Shown: piece after piece, positions 43,401-54,351 of the stretch
Position numbering within the stretch: the first letter of the stretch is position 1
Layout of the letters: the number at the start of each line of letters is the position of its first letter
Source: a bacterium
Lineage (GTDB): Bacteria > Actinomycetota > Acidimicrobiia > Spongiisociales > Spongiisociaceae
Assembly: GCA_028821235.1 (NCBI GenBank)
Contig: JAPPGV010000089.1
Span: forward strand, 93,839-157,838
Direction of reading: 5' to 3'
DNA: 64,000 bases
Made by a program: the position numbers and the translations under genes
Notes under the pieces: model-generated
Told to the model about the DNA's origin: nothing
Seen by the model: only the letters and a program-made list of their open reading frames with translations
Databases searched by the model: none

Positions 43401-44420
43401 TCACAACTGCTCCCGCTGCCAGCCGAGGTTGGAGAGGAGCACGATCCCGGTCCCGACCAGGAGGGCCTGGGGGTTGGCTATGGAGACATCGGCGAACAGC
43501 CACAGCCAGAGCATCTGGAAGACCGGCGAGAAGAACATGATCCTCTGGACGCTCAGGCTCGAGGTCACGTAAAGGGAGTACCGGTGGCTGAGGGCGCCGG
43601 CCGCATTGAACACTCCGGTCGCGGTCAGGAGGCCCACCATGTTCCACGTGACGTCGAAACTGTCGCCGGACGGCGGGAAGAACAGGAAGCTTCCCACCAG
43701 GGTCAGTGGTAGGGCGAGTGCCCGTCCGGCTACCGCCGCGAATGTGGCGTTCCAGACCAGGTCGTGGGGATTGCGGGTCGGCCACCCCATCATGCGTCCG
43801 ATCGAAACGGTTCCCCATAGGCTTCCGACTGCGGTCGCGGTGCCCATGAACGCCACGGCTATACCCAGCCAGTTGAGGGTGCTTACCGCGGCCGTCTCCG
43901 ACCAGATGACCAGCGCGGCGCCCAGGAACGAGAAGAACATGAGCGTCCAGTGCTTGCCACCGATGACGTGCGGGGACGATCGCTGCCCGCCGGAGATCTT
44001 CCTGCCCAGCCGGGCCGCCATCCAGACCATCCCGATCAGCATCAGCTGGAAGATGATGGTCACCACCAGCGGATCGATCAGCGTGGCGGCCCATACCCAG
44101 AAGGCCAGGTCGAGGGCGAAGCAGATCGCCATCCACAGGACCGGGGCTCGAAGCATGTCCTGCGCGTTCCGCACCTTGACGGGCTCCCCGCCGTCTCCCC
44201 AGTAGAACAGCAGCCGCCGGGTGTTCTCTATCCAGCGCTTGTTCTCGGCCGGGACCAGGAAGAACACCGGGATGAGCATGACGACCTGGAAGACCAGCAG
44301 CCACGATCGCCACACGAATGGGTCGTTGCTGACGTGGGTGTAGAGGTAGAACAGAGGTAACCAGGAGCCGGTCAGGACCGCGGACACAGCCCACAACATC
44401 CCCTTGGTGTTCGGGTTCAC
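43401..44420 (-). CDS. hypothetical polytopic integral membrane protein (Trp-rich)
   Basis: 339 aa with about 9 hydrophobic helices and many Trp residues. No family recognisable by eye. The opposite-strand ORF 43384-44394 is a shadow. Confidence 0.55.
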   Translation of the reverse strand: MNPNTKGMLWAVSAVLTGSWLPLFYLYTHVSNDPFVWRSWLLVFQVVMLIPVFFLVPAENKRWIENTRRLLFYWGDGGEPVKVRNAQDMLRAPVLWMAICFALDLAFWVWAATLIDPLVVTIIFQLMLIGMVWMAARLGRKISGGQRSSPHVIGGKHWTLMFFSFLGAALVIWSETAAVSTLNWLGIAVAFMGTATAVGSLWGTVSIGRMMGWPTRNPHDLVWNATFAAVAGRALALPLTLVGSFLFFPPSGDSFDVTWNMVGLLTATGVFNAAGALSHRYSLYVTSSLSVQRIMFFSPVFQMLWLWLFADVSIANPQALLVGTGIVLLSNLGWQREQL

Positions 44421-44557
44421 CGGTCGAACGATCCTGTTCCGTGTGCCTGGTTTCGCAGGGGTCGCCGAGGCGGATGACCCTGGAGCGGCGATCGGCGGCG
44501 AGGCCGGGCCGTACCCCGGAGGCTACCCGCCCGTGGCAGCACGGGATGACCCGTGGC

Positions 44558-46201
44558 TCAGGCGGACTCGATCCGGGCCGCGCCCTCCAGTCCGAGTTCG
44601 GCGATGGATGCCTCGCGCATCTCGACCTTGCGGATCTTGCCGGTAACCGTCATCGGGAAGCTGTCAACGAACTTCACGTATTGCGGGACCTTGAAGTGGG
44701 CGATCCGGCCCCGGCAGAAGTCTCTGATGTCCTGTGCGGTCGCCTCGGCGCCCTCCCGCAGTTTCACCCACGCCATGACCTGCTCGCCGTACTTGACGTC
44801 CGGTACGCCGATCACCTGCACGTCCTCGATGGCGGGATGGCCGTACAGGTACTCCTCGATCTCCCTCGGGTAGATGTTCTCGCCGCCGCGGATGATCATG
44901 TCCTTGATCCGGCCCACGATGTTCATGTAACCGTCCGGGTCCATCGTGGCGAGGTCACCGGAGTGCATCCACCCGTCGGCGTCGATGGACTCCTCGGTTC
45001 GCTGCGGGTCGTTCCAGTACCCCAACATGATCGAGTAACCGCGGGTACAGAGCTCGCCGTCCTGTCCCCGCTCCACGGTCTCGCCGGTCTCGGGGTCGAT
45101 GATCTTGATCTCGACGTGGGGATGCACCCGGCCCACGGTGGACACCCGTCTCTCTATCGAGTCGGTGGTCTTCGTCTGGGTGGACGTAGGGGAGGTCTCG
45201 GTCATGCCGTAGGCGATCGTGACGTCGGTCATGTTCATGTCGGATATCACCTGCTTCATCACCTCCACCGGGCAGGGGGATCCGGCCATGATCCCGGTGC
45301 GGAGCGAGGACAGGTCGAAGGTCTCCAGGTCGGGATGGGCGAGTTCTGCGATGAACATCGTCGGGACTCCGTAGACGCTGGTGCAGTGCTCCTGCTGGAT
45401 CGCGGTGAGGACCTGGTCCGGATCGAAACCGGCGCCCGGCAGCACGATGGCGGCGCCGTGGGTAGTGCATGCCAGCGTTCCGAGCACCATCCCGAAGCAG
45501 TGATAGAGGGGGACGGGGATGCAGACCCGGTCCTCTTCCGTGTAGGCGCAGGATTGGCCCACGAAGAAACCGTTGTTGAGGATGTTGGCGTGGCTGAGCG
45601 TGGCGCCCTTCGGGAACCCGGTGGTGCCCGACGTGTACTGGATGTTGATGGCGTCGTCATGATGCAGCCCGGCCTTCCGATCGGCCAGGGCGCCGTCCAT
45701 ACCGTCCTCCGACGGGGCCATGAGGTCGTCCCATTCGGGCGTGCCGAAGAAGATCACCCGCTCCAGGTCGGGCAACTCGTCCTCCACCTTGGCCACCATC
45801 TCCCGGTAATTCGAGGACTGATGGGTCTGCGCGGCGACCAGCACCCGGCAGCCGGACTGGGCCAGTGCGTAGCGGAGTTCGTGGGTCCGGTAGGCGGGGT
45901 TGATGTTGACGAGGATCACCCCGGCCTTCGCGGTGGCGTACTGGAGCCATACCCACTCCGCGCAGTTGGGACTCCAGATGCCGACCCGGTCGCCCGTCTC
46001 GAGACCGAGCCGGAGCAACCCCATCGCAAGCAGGTCCACCGAGTCGTTGAAGGCCCGGTAGGTCTGGCGGATCCCCTGGTGCACCGAGATGAGAGCATCC
46101 CGCTCGGGGAACCGGGCAACGGTTGATTCCAGGTTCTGGCCGACAGTCTCCTGCAACAGCGGTGTCGACCGGTCGCCGCTCGTATAGGCCGGATCGGGCA
46201 T
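44558..46201 (-). CDS. AMP-dependent acyl-CoA synthetase/ligase (FadD-like)
   Basis: Start at internal Met MPDPAYTSG (ATG 46199-46201, AAGGAG SD 6 nt upstream). [15 protein letters not shown]-binding motif, GYGMTETS and GWMHSGDLA motifs. Confidence 0.9.
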   Translation of the reverse strand: MPDPAYTSGDRSTPLLQETVGQNLESTVARFPERDALISVHQGIRQTYRAFNDSVDLLAMGLLRLGLETGDRVGIWSPNCAEWVWLQYATAKAGVILVNINPAYRTHELRYALAQSGCRVLVAAQTHQSSNYREMVAKVEDELPDLERVIFFGTPEWDDLMAPSEDGMDGALADRKAGLHHDDAINIQYTSGTTGFPKGATLSHANILNNGFFVGQSCAYTEEDRVCIPVPLYHCFGMVLGTLACTTHGAAIVLPGAGFDPDQVLTAIQQEHCTSVYGVPTMFIAELAHPDLETFDLSSLRTGIMAGSPCPVEVMKQVISDMNMTDVTIAYGMTETSPTSTQTKTTDSIERRVSTVGRVHPHVEIKIIDPETGETVERGQDGELCTRGYSIMLGYWNDPQRTEESIDADGWMHSGDLATMDPDGYMNIVGRIKDMIIRGGENIYPREIEEYLYGHPAIEDVQVIGVPDVKYGEQVMAWVKLREGAEATAQDIRDFCRGRIAHFKVPQYVKFVDSFPMTVTGKIRKVEMREASIAELGLEGAARIESA

Positions 46202-46327
46202 TCGGGCTCCTTGCAGTACACGAATTCGTCGCGGTTTCACTGTATCAGCCTGCACATGGCGTCCATATGCGCATGCTCGGCGATGACCGGGAGCGGCCGG
46301 AACGGACGAGGCTCTTAGGATTGCGAC

Positions 46328-47245
46328 GTGAGCCTGCGGATCACCAACCAACGGATCTGGGTGATCCTCGGGATCATCAGCCTGTCATGGGGCACCGCCC
46401 CGATCGCCGGAAGGATCGGCCTCGCCGAGGGCATCGGCCCCTCGACCATGGCGGCCGGAGGGTCACTGGTCGCCGCCGTGGCGGTCTGGCTGATGATCGG
46501 CCTTATGCGTCGCCGGAACCTGGTGGGTCCGGCCGAGCTTCGCATCGGTCTGGTGCTGGCCCTCGTAGCCGTGCTACTGCCCCAGCAGGCCCGATACCTG
46601 GCGCTGGCCAACGCTTCGGCCGGTTTCGTCACCCTGATCAGTGCCCTGATCCCGCTGGGTACCGCTTTGATCGCCCATTTCATGCTGGCAGACGAGCGCC
46701 TCAACCCGTGGACCACGTTCGGTCTGCTGCTCGGTCTGGCGGGAACGGCTGCTCTCATCCTGATCGGTGACTCCGGAATCATCGAGGGCGGCGACCCGAC
46801 GACCGCGGGCATGATGGCCCTGGCCGCCGTGGTGTTCATCTCGCTCGCGAGCGTCTATGCCAAGCGCTATGCCGGGCAGTACTCGGTGCTCGGCGTAACA
46901 GGGGTCCAGTTGGCGGTGGGAAGCCTGGCCCAGTGGGCGGTGGCATTGACGATCGAAGGGTTGCCGCTCGGCCATAGCACCACCGGCCTCCTGGCGATTC
47001 TCTACGTCGGCACTATCGGGGTGTTTCTCCCGCTCAGCCTCTACTACTTCCTGATCCGCCACGTTCCGGTGGTCTTCTCGTCCGTCATCTCCTATCTGAT
47101 CCCACTGGTGGCCGTCATTGCCGGAGTTCTGGTCCTCGACGAGCAGCTCCAGCCGGGCATCCTGTTGGGCGGCGCGCTGGTTCTTTCGGGAGTGGTGGTG
47201 ACCGACCTGGTCCGCATCCGGGAAGCCCGCCGGCAGGGGGCGTGA
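46328..47245 (+). CDS. DMT-superfamily (EamA-like) transporter
   Basis: GTG start. 305 aa with 10 TM segments and two EamA-like halves. Confidence 0.7.
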   Translation: MSLRITNQRIWVILGIISLSWGTAPIAGRIGLAEGIGPSTMAAGGSLVAAVAVWLMIGLMRRRNLVGPAELRIGLVLALVAVLLPQQARYLALANASAGFVTLISALIPLGTALIAHFMLADERLNPWTTFGLLLGLAGTAALILIGDSGIIEGGDPTTAGMMALAAVVFISLASVYAKRYAGQYSVLGVTGVQLAVGSLAQWAVALTIEGLPLGHSTTGLLAILYVGTIGVFLPLSLYYFLIRHVPVVFSSVISYLIPLVAVIAGVLVLDEQLQPGILLGGALVLSGVVVTDLVRIREARRQGA

Positions 47246-47332
47246 CTCCGGGCCTCTCCGGTTACCATCCGGCCGGTATCCCGTCCCGGCGCTAGCCAGG
47301 CGCCCTCCATCCCGGCAACCGGAAAGGTCCCG

Positions 47333-48352
47333 GTGAAAGCGGCAGTCATCACAGGACCCGGCCAGGTGGAACTTCGCACCGAGCCATGCCCCACCCCCGG
47401 TCGCGATCAGGTGCTGGTCGAGCTGGCCGCCTGCGGTGTCTGCACCTTCGAGAGGAGGCTGTTCGCGGGCGATAAACGTTGGTACCCCGTCTCTCCAGGA
47501 CACGAGATTTCCGGGTCGGTGGTGGAGGTGGGCTCCGCCGTGGACGGCCTGGAGGGTTCCCCGCAGGTCGGGGAGCCCGTGACGGTCGATCTATTGACCC
47601 GATGCCTCACCTGTGCACCGTGCCGGCGGGGCAGGACCGCCCTCTGCCGGTACCCCCAGGGTCGTTCCCTGTCGGACGGGACCTTCAGCTTCGGAGGGTT
47701 GGTGGAGGCCATCTCGGTCGACGCCAAGTCGACCTACCCGGTCGGGAGTGCCCCCATGCTGCATGCCGCCATGGGGGAGCCCATCGCCTGCACGGTCCAT
47801 TCCCTGCGTAGGGCCGGTCACGTGGCAGGGGGGCGGGTCGCCATCATCGGCGGCGGGTTCATGGGGCGGCTCCATATGGCCCTGGCACGCATCGAGGGTG
47901 CCTCGGCGATCGGAGTGGTGGACATTTCGGAGGAGAGGCGCAGGCAAGCCGCGGACGCGGGCGCCGACTGGGTGGCCCGGCCCCGGGCAGCCCGCCAGGT
48001 CGGTGGTCTCCAGGATGTGGTGTTCGTGACCGCCATGGGGGGTCTGGACCTCGCGGTCGAGATGGTGGCGCCGGGCGGCTCGGTCGTCCTGTACAGCGCC
48101 TTCGACCCGGAGGCCACGGTCGGCATGGCGGCTGATCGGGCTCACCGCGACGAGATGTCGATCGTCGGGGTGTACAGCCAGGAGCCCGAGGATTGGATGC
48201 GGGCGGCGGCCGTCATCCGCTCTGGAGTGATCGCGGACGAGCTTGACCGTCTGGTAACGGCTCGGTTCCCGCTGTCCCAGGCGCACGAGGCCCTCACCCT
48301 CGTCACTTCCCAGCCCACCTACCGGGTGTTCGTGGAGAACGAGCCGGGCTGA
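47333..48352 (+). CDS. zinc-dependent MDR-family dehydrogenase (sorbitol/threonine dehydrogenase-like)
   Basis: GTG start with GGAAAGG SD. GHEISGSVVEVG, structural-zinc Cys cluster (CLTCAPCRRG) and GGGFMG Rossmann motif. Confidence 0.85.
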   Translation: MKAAVITGPGQVELRTEPCPTPGRDQVLVELAACGVCTFERRLFAGDKRWYPVSPGHEISGSVVEVGSAVDGLEGSPQVGEPVTVDLLTRCLTCAPCRRGRTALCRYPQGRSLSDGTFSFGGLVEAISVDAKSTYPVGSAPMLHAAMGEPIACTVHSLRRAGHVAGGRVAIIGGGFMGRLHMALARIEGASAIGVVDISEERRRQAADAGADWVARPRAARQVGGLQDVVFVTAMGGLDLAVEMVAPGGSVVLYSAFDPEATVGMAADRAHRDEMSIVGVYSQEPEDWMRAAAVIRSGVIADELDRLVTARFPLSQAHEALTLVTSQPTYRVFVENEPG

Positions 48353-49653
48353 TGGCAGGCCAGGTTGTCGTCGGGGTGGACATCGGCACCGGCGCGGCTA
48401 GAGCGGTGGCCCTCGACCGGGCCGGAAGGGTCTTGGCCGGATCCGAGGCGCGGATCGTGCCGATGAATCTCCCCCGAGGCGAGGCGGATCCCTTCCGCTG
48501 GATGGAGGGGCTGGTTCAAGCAGTGGAGCAACTCGACGCCGGTCCGCCAGCCGCCCTCGGGATCGGCGGCCAGGGTCCCACCACCGTGATGCGATCGGCG
48601 CGCCGGGCGCTGACCTACCAGCATCCGGCCGGCGCCTCCTCCGACTTCGCCGGCCAGCATCTGGCGCAGGCGGAGGAGCTGTCGGGCCGGTTCGGAGGCG
48701 CCGGCCGACCCCGCCAGATGTGGGACTTCCTGGTGGCCGAACTCGGCGGCTCGTCCGGCACCCAGGCGGTCTGGCCGGGTCAGGATCCTCTGGAAGGGTT
48801 CGGAGACCCCATCCCGGTCGGGTCGGCCGCCGGAGTCACGGCGGGCGATTCCGGGCTGCCCGGGGGGATCGTGCTGGCTCCGGGCGCCAACGACGCCTTT
48901 CTCACCGCCTGGGCAGCCGCCATCGACCGGCCCGGCAAGGGCTTCGACCCGGGTGGCCGGACAGGTGGTCTCGGCGTGGCCGCCAGCCGGTGCGACCACC
49001 CGTCGGTCTCCGAACACGGCATCCCCGGACACGTCCCCGGTGTCTACCTGGTCGGTGGCCCGGCGGCTTCGCACGGCGCCATGCTGGACTGGTGGTCCTC
49101 GATGACCGGCCGGACGGTTCCCGAACTGCTCGAAGCGGCCGCAGCTGTCGGACCGGGATCGGGTGGGGTGACGGTCCTGCCGTTCCTCGAGGGGGAGAGG
49201 GCGCCCCGCTGGGTGTCGGGGCTACGGGCCGAGATCCACGGTCTCGGTGTGGCCTCAGACCAGGGCGTCGTCGCCCGAGCCGTCCTGGAGGCCTCCGCCT
49301 ACGGCTTGGCTCACATCGCCCGTGACCTTGCCCGGCACGGCATTACCATGAACCGGATGGTGAGTTCGGGTGCCCCGTCGCGTAGCAGTCTGTGGGTTTC
49401 CATCAAGGCATCGGTGCTGGGCGTGCCGGTCGATGTCCCGAGTTGTCCCGAGATGGCGGCCTACGGAGCGGCCCTGGCTGCGGGATCCGCCGTCGGGTGG
49501 TGGCCGCGGCCGGGCGAGGGCGAGGCCGGAGACTGGCCGGCGCCGGCGTTCACCACGTTCGCGCCGGCGACCGTGACAGCCTACGAAGAGGGGCTGGACC
49601 GCTTCATCGCGCTCGGTGATGAGGCAGCCCGCCGGCTCCGGCAGGAGGTTTGA
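48352..49653 (+). CDS. FGGY-family carbohydrate kinase (xylulokinase/glycerol-kinase-like, divergent)
   Basis: 433 aa. N-terminal VVGVDIGTGAARAV (ATPase phosphate-1 motif). ATG overlaps the upstream stop (TGATG). Confidence 0.7.
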   Translation: MAGQVVVGVDIGTGAARAVALDRAGRVLAGSEARIVPMNLPRGEADPFRWMEGLVQAVEQLDAGPPAALGIGGQGPTTVMRSARRALTYQHPAGASSDFAGQHLAQAEELSGRFGGAGRPRQMWDFLVAELGGSSGTQAVWPGQDPLEGFGDPIPVGSAAGVTAGDSGLPGGIVLAPGANDAFLTAWAAAIDRPGKGFDPGGRTGGLGVAASRCDHPSVSEHGIPGHVPGVYLVGGPAASHGAMLDWWSSMTGRTVPELLEAAAAVGPGSGGVTVLPFLEGERAPRWVSGLRAEIHGLGVASDQGVVARAVLEASAYGLAHIARDLARHGITMNRMVSSGAPSRSSLWVSIKASVLGVPVDVPSCPEMAAYGAALAAGSAVGWWPRPGEGEAGDWPAPAFTTFAPATVTAYEEGLDRFIALGDEAARRLRQEV

Positions 49654-49656
49654 GGC

Positions 49657-50442
49657 ATGGATTCGGTGGCCTCGGCAGTGGGCGCAGGCAAGACCAGGCG
49701 TACTCGCCGCTTCGTGGGTCGGGACGGGCGAGCGTTGCTGGTCGCCATCGACATGCAGCTGGCCACGGGGTCCGGTCCGGCGCTGGACGTGGTGGAGGCG
49801 GTGTCCGAAGGGCAACCCGACGGCATCCTGGTCACCTGGCAGATTGCCCGGCGCTACCCCGAGACCTTCGCGGAGTGCGGTCTGATTCTCCGCATGGATG
49901 GTGCGGCCACCCACCTTGATCCGAATGCGGACGGCGACGGCCTCTCGCTGATGTATCGAGCCGAGGAGGCGGCGGTGATCGGCGCGGATGCGGTCATCCT
50001 GATGGTCTACCCGGGTATGCGCGAGGAGAAGCGCTCGCTGCGCCGGCTGGCTGCTCTGGTGGGGGAGTGCGAGCGGATCGGGATGCCGGTGATTGCCGAG
50101 TCCATTCCCGGAGGGTGGCATCGGGATGTGCCTTGGGATACGGACAACATCGCCCGGAGCGCCCGGATCTGCGTGGAGATCGGTGCCGACGCCGTCAAGA
50201 CCATGGCTCCTGCGCAGGTCGAGGAGCTCGGTGACGTGGTGGAAGGATGCGAGGCCCCGCTGTTCGTGCTGGGTGGTCCCAAGAGGGACAGCGAGCACGA
50301 AGTGGTCACGTACGCGGCCGGCGTGGTGACCGCGGGAGCCTCGGGCGTCTGCTTCGGGCGCAACGTCTGGGGAGCTTCCGACCCCGGGGAGATGGTCCGG
50401 CGCCTCGGCCGAGTCGTCCACGGTAACGGGCAGCGAGCATGA
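49657..50442 (+). CDS. class I aldolase, DeoC/FbaB (DhnA)-type
   Basis: 261 aa. TIM-barrel aldolase pattern with the Schiff-base Lys region (GADAVKTM). Confidence 0.65.
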   Translation: MDSVASAVGAGKTRRTRRFVGRDGRALLVAIDMQLATGSGPALDVVEAVSEGQPDGILVTWQIARRYPETFAECGLILRMDGAATHLDPNADGDGLSLMYRAEEAAVIGADAVILMVYPGMREEKRSLRRLAALVGECERIGMPVIAESIPGGWHRDVPWDTDNIARSARICVEIGADAVKTMAPAQVEELGDVVEGCEAPLFVLGGPKRDSEHEVVTYAAGVVTAGASGVCFGRNVWGASDPGEMVRRLGRVVHGNGQRA

Positions 50443-51518
50443 AGGGCTTCCGGGTCTGGCCCGTGCTCGGCTTCCTGGCGGTCTTAGCGGTTGCTTCGGC
50501 CTGTGCCGACACCGGCGACGGCCCAGGAGAGACGCCTTCGGCGGAATGGGGGGCGGCGGACTTCAACGGCGACGGATCGGTCCGCATCGCGGTGGTCACA
50601 GAGGGCTCCCGAGACGATGGGGCCTACTACCAGGCCCTGGTCGAGCGGGTCGAGGAGATATCGGCGGCTGAGGGATACGAGGCGCCGCTGATCGTGGACC
50701 AGGTCGCTCCGGCCGACGCCCGGGCCGAGTTGAACAACGTGGTGGCCCAGGGTGCGGACATCATCGCCATCGGCTCCAGCAACCTGGCGGATGGCAACGA
50801 GGACCTGTTCCTGGAGCATGAGGAGATCTTCTGGTACTGCAACTGCGGGTCCGGTTACCAGGACACTCCCGGCCTGCTGCGGAGTGCCGACAGCGGGGCC
50901 GAACTGGGCATCTCGGCCGGATACGCGACCGGTTTGCTGCTGGATGCTCGTGACGCCGACCTGGCGGTGTTCCTTGGATGCTGCGATCTCAACTTCGAGG
51001 TGGAGTCCTTCCTGGCCTTCCGGCTCGGTCTTCATCTGGTGGACGAGTCGTTCGACGCCATCTACGTGCCCACCGGCAACTTCCCCTTCGACTTCAACAA
51101 CACCGCCGGAGCCACCGAGGCATACAACGCCGCGGTCGCCGAGGGCGTGGCGGCGGTCTACCCGTTCCTGGGCGGCGCCCACGAGCCGATCACCCGGCTC
51201 GCCAACGAGGACGGGCTGGTCGTCCTGACCGCCGGTTCGTCCAGAGGCTGCGAACGAGAAGACCTGGACTACGACATTGAGGTGATGTTCGATGCCGGCG
51301 ACTTCCTGACGCCGATCTTCGACGAGATCATCGCCGGCACTGCCGAAGAGGGGGGAGCGCGCCGCTTCACCGTGGGGGTCGATCCCGAGGTGGGGGCCAA
51401 CCTGTGCGACGGAACCCCCGACCAGGATCAGGCGCTCACCGATCTGAACGCCCGGATCGGGGCCGGCCAGTTCGAGGAGGAGATCTCCAGGATCCTCGCC
51501 GAGGCTTACGGCTTCTGA
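50439..51518 (+). CDS. BMP-family ABC transporter substrate-binding lipoprotein (nucleoside/purine-binding, PnrA-like)
   Basis: 359 aa. Signal peptide with lipobox LAVASAC. Overlaps the previous stop by 4 nt. Confidence 0.75.
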   Translation: MKGFRVWPVLGFLAVLAVASACADTGDGPGETPSAEWGAADFNGDGSVRIAVVTEGSRDDGAYYQALVERVEEISAAEGYEAPLIVDQVAPADARAELNNVVAQGADIIAIGSSNLADGNEDLFLEHEEIFWYCNCGSGYQDTPGLLRSADSGAELGISAGYATGLLLDARDADLAVFLGCCDLNFEVESFLAFRLGLHLVDESFDAIYVPTGNFPFDFNNTAGATEAYNAAVAEGVAAVYPFLGGAHEPITRLANEDGLVVLTAGSSRGCEREDLDYDIEVMFDAGDFLTPIFDEIIAGTAEEGGARRFTVGVDPEVGANLCDGTPDQDQALTDLNARIGAGQFEEEISRILAEAYGF

Positions 51519-51601
51519 GTGCCCGCTCCGGTCCGTCTGTCGTCCAGCGAGCGTGGCCTGATTCGTCCTCCGGCCGGCCGTCTCCCTGATCGATCCCACC
51601 C

Positions 51602-53224
51602 TTGGCGGGCCGGATGATCGAGGACTTCAGGTTCGAGCCCCCGGTGATCGAGGTGGACGGCCTCACCAAGCACTTCGGTTCGGTGGTCGCCTGCGAGGAG
51701 GTTGACCTGGCCCTCCGGGCGGGCGAGATACACGGCATTCTCGGAGAGAACGGCGCCGGTAAGTCCACCCTCATGCGCATGATGTTCGGCTTGGTCCATC
51801 CCGACCTGGGGGTGATCAGGGTCGATGGCCAAGCCATCCGCATAGCCGATCCGTCCGAGGCCGTACGGCTCGGGATCGGCATGGTCCACCAGCACTACAG
51901 CCTGGTCGACGCGCTGACTGTGTGGGAGAACGTTGCCCTCGGCGAGGTGGGGTCCCTGGATCCCGACCGGACCAGGGCCCGTGTCCGGAGGATCTCGTGG
52001 CGGTACGGCCTGTCGGTCGATCCGGACGCGACCGTGCGCGACCTTTCGGCCGGCATCCGCCAGAGGGTCGAGATCATCAAGTGCCTGGGGCGCCGGCCGC
52101 GCACGATCATCCTTGATGAGCCGACTTCGGCGCTGACCCCTGCCGAGTCCCAGTACCTGTTCGACGTTCTCCTGACCGGCGTGCGGACCCAGGGCTGGGC
52201 GGTGGCGCTGGTCAGCCACAAGCTCGACGAGATACTGCGGGCCACCGACCGGATCACGGTGATGCGGGAGGGGAGGGTGGTGGATCGCCTGCTGACCGCC
52301 GAGGCGCGGGTTCCCTCGCTGGCCCGGGCGATGGTGGGTCGTCCCGTACCGCTCCGTACGGTCACGGCCGCTTTCGAGCGGGATCAGGTTGCCCGGGATC
52401 TGCTCGAGGCCGACCCGATGGACGGCGAAGGACCCGACCGGGCCGTCGAGACGGGCGCGCGGACGGTTCCGGTCCTGCAAGTTGAGAGAGCGTCGGTGAA
52501 GGGCGCTGACGGGCGAGTGCTGCTGGACGGCCTGTCGCTCACCGTGGGCGCGGGCGAGATAGTCGGGGTGGCGGGCGTGGAGGGAAACGGCCAGACCGCC
52601 CTCGCCGATCTGCTGGGCGGTCTACTGCGCCTCGATGACGGAACGGTCCACGTCAATGGCCGGACGGTTCCGACCGGTGTGGCCGGGGCCATGACCAGGG
52701 CCGGCATAGCGGTCGTGCCGGCCGATCGCCATCGGGCCGGATGCGTGCTGGACATGACCGTGGCCGAGAACCTGATGATCCCTTCCATGCGCAGGATGCG
52801 ACGCTGGGGCTTGCTCCGCCTGGACGCCATCAGGCGCCACGCCCTCCGGCTGATCGACGAGTACGACATCCGGACGTCCGGACCCGATGCCTCGCTCGGT
52901 GACCTGTCGGGCGGGAACCAGCAGCGGACGGTGATCGCTCGTGCTCTGTCCGCCTCCCCCGAGGTCATGGTGGCCCACCAGCCCACCAGAGGCCTCGATG
53001 TCGGGGCGATCGAGTACGTGGCGGATCGGATCCGGCAGGCGGCGGATCGGGGAATCGGGGTGCTGCTCCTCTCCACCGACCTCCGCGAGATACTGTCGCT
53101 GGCCGACCGGCTGGTGGTACTCCATCGGGGGAGCATCGTGGGCGAGATGTCGCGTGAAGAGTTCGACCTGCCCCGGCTGGGCTTGCTGATGGGCGGGACG
53201 GACGAGGAGGAACAGGCGTCTTGA
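51602..53224 (+). CDS. ABC transporter ATP-binding protein with duplicated ABC domains (sugar/nucleoside type)
   Basis: 540 aa. Two Walker A motifs (GENGAGKST; GVEGNGQT) and two signature motifs (LSAGIRQR; LSGGNQQR). The start is TTG at 51602 or ATG at 51614 (uncertain). Confidence 0.9.
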   Translation: MAGRMIEDFRFEPPVIEVDGLTKHFGSVVACEEVDLALRAGEIHGILGENGAGKSTLMRMMFGLVHPDLGVIRVDGQAIRIADPSEAVRLGIGMVHQHYSLVDALTVWENVALGEVGSLDPDRTRARVRRISWRYGLSVDPDATVRDLSAGIRQRVEIIKCLGRRPRTIILDEPTSALTPAESQYLFDVLLTGVRTQGWAVALVSHKLDEILRATDRITVMREGRVVDRLLTAEARVPSLARAMVGRPVPLRTVTAAFERDQVARDLLEADPMDGEGPDRAVETGARTVPVLQVERASVKGADGRVLLDGLSLTVGAGEIVGVAGVEGNGQTALADLLGGLLRLDDGTVHVNGRTVPTGVAGAMTRAGIAVVPADRHRAGCVLDMTVAENLMIPSMRRMRRWGLLRLDAIRRHALRLIDEYDIRTSGPDASLGDLSGGNQQRTVIARALSASPEVMVAHQPTRGLDVGAIEYVADRIRQAADRGIGVLLLSTDLREILSLADRLVVLHRGSIVGEMSREEFDLPRLGLLMGGTDEEEQAS

Positions 53225-54351
53225 GCACCGATCCCGCGGCACTACCACCCGACGCTCCCGGTCTCGCAGGCCGGGACGGGGGCCTGTACGTGCTGCTGCT
53301 CTACGTGGTGAGCGTCGGGTTCGCGCTGGTGATCTCGGCCGGGCTGGTGGCGGTCTCCGGCAATGCCTGGGGCAGCGTTGCCGAGGCACTGGCGGAGGGC
53401 GCCTTCCTCGCCCCCGGACGGTGGGGCGAGACGCTGGCCGTCGCCACGCCCATCCTCCTGGTGTCCCTCGGCATGGTGGTGGGGGTCAGGGCCGGTTTCT
53501 TCAACATCGGGCAGGAGGGCCAGCTCCTGATGGGTGCGCTGGCCATGGCCCTCATCGGCACCAGGGTGGCCGGGTCGGGCCCCCTCCTTCTCGTGGGCGG
53601 GTTGGCCCTCGGGGCGGTGGCCGGGGGCCTCTACGCCGGGGTGGCGGCGCTGATGAGGTTTCGCCGGGGAGTCCCCGAGGTCATCTCCACCCTGCTCCTG
53701 GTGTTCGTGGCGTTCCAGATAGTCGGATTCGCCATCACGACCGACTGGTTCCTGCGGGACCTCGACCCGAACCGGCCTAGCCAGGCCGTGACCAGCGCCG
53801 CCCTTCCCGGCTCCGTGCGCCTGCCGGTCATGACGGTATGGGGCAACGAGGTCACGATCGGGTTCTACCTGGCCCTGCTGGGCGCCGGGCTGGCGGCGTT
53901 CGTCCTGGCCCGGACCGTATTCGGGTTCAAGCTGCGGCTGCTCGGGAGCAATCCCAAGGTCGCCCAGCAGGCGGGGGTCTCCTTCGGGCGAGCCGGTGCT
54001 ACGGCGCTCTTCATCTCCGGGGCCGCGGCCGGCCTGGCAGGCGCCGTGATGCTGGCGGCCGGGGCATCGAGTGCCCGCCTGACGGCCGGATTCTCCAACG
54101 AGATCGGATGGCAGGGGCTCCTCGTGGCGCTGCTGGCGCGAAACCGTCCGTTGCTGTGCATTCCCATGGCGATCCTGTTCGCAGCTCTTCGAACCGGATC
54201 CGGGTTCCTGGCCGCCACCGGGGTGGATCGGACCGTGGTCGACGTGGTACAGGCCCTGCTCGTACTGGCCCTGCTGGTCCCTCCGGCGGTTGAGTTCATG
54301 CGGGATCGGCGCCGGGTCTCGATTGCGGCCCAGGTTGCGGAACCGGCATGA
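53221..54351 (+). CDS. ABC transporter permease (BMP-type system, permease 1)
   Basis: 376 aa polytopic membrane protein. 4-nt overlap with the upstream ATPase gene. Confidence 0.8.
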   Translation: MSTDPAALPPDAPGLAGRDGGLYVLLLYVVSVGFALVISAGLVAVSGNAWGSVAEALAEGAFLAPGRWGETLAVATPILLVSLGMVVGVRAGFFNIGQEGQLLMGALAMALIGTRVAGSGPLLLVGGLALGAVAGGLYAGVAALMRFRRGVPEVISTLLLVFVAFQIVGFAITTDWFLRDLDPNRPSQAVTSAALPGSVRLPVMTVWGNEVTIGFYLALLGAGLAAFVLARTVFGFKLRLLGSNPKVAQQAGVSFGRAGATALFISGAAAGLAGAVMLAAGASSARLTAGFSNEIGWQGLLVALLARNRPLLCIPMAILFAALRTGSGFLAATGVDRTVVDVVQALLVLALLVPPAVEFMRDRRRVSIAAQVAEPA

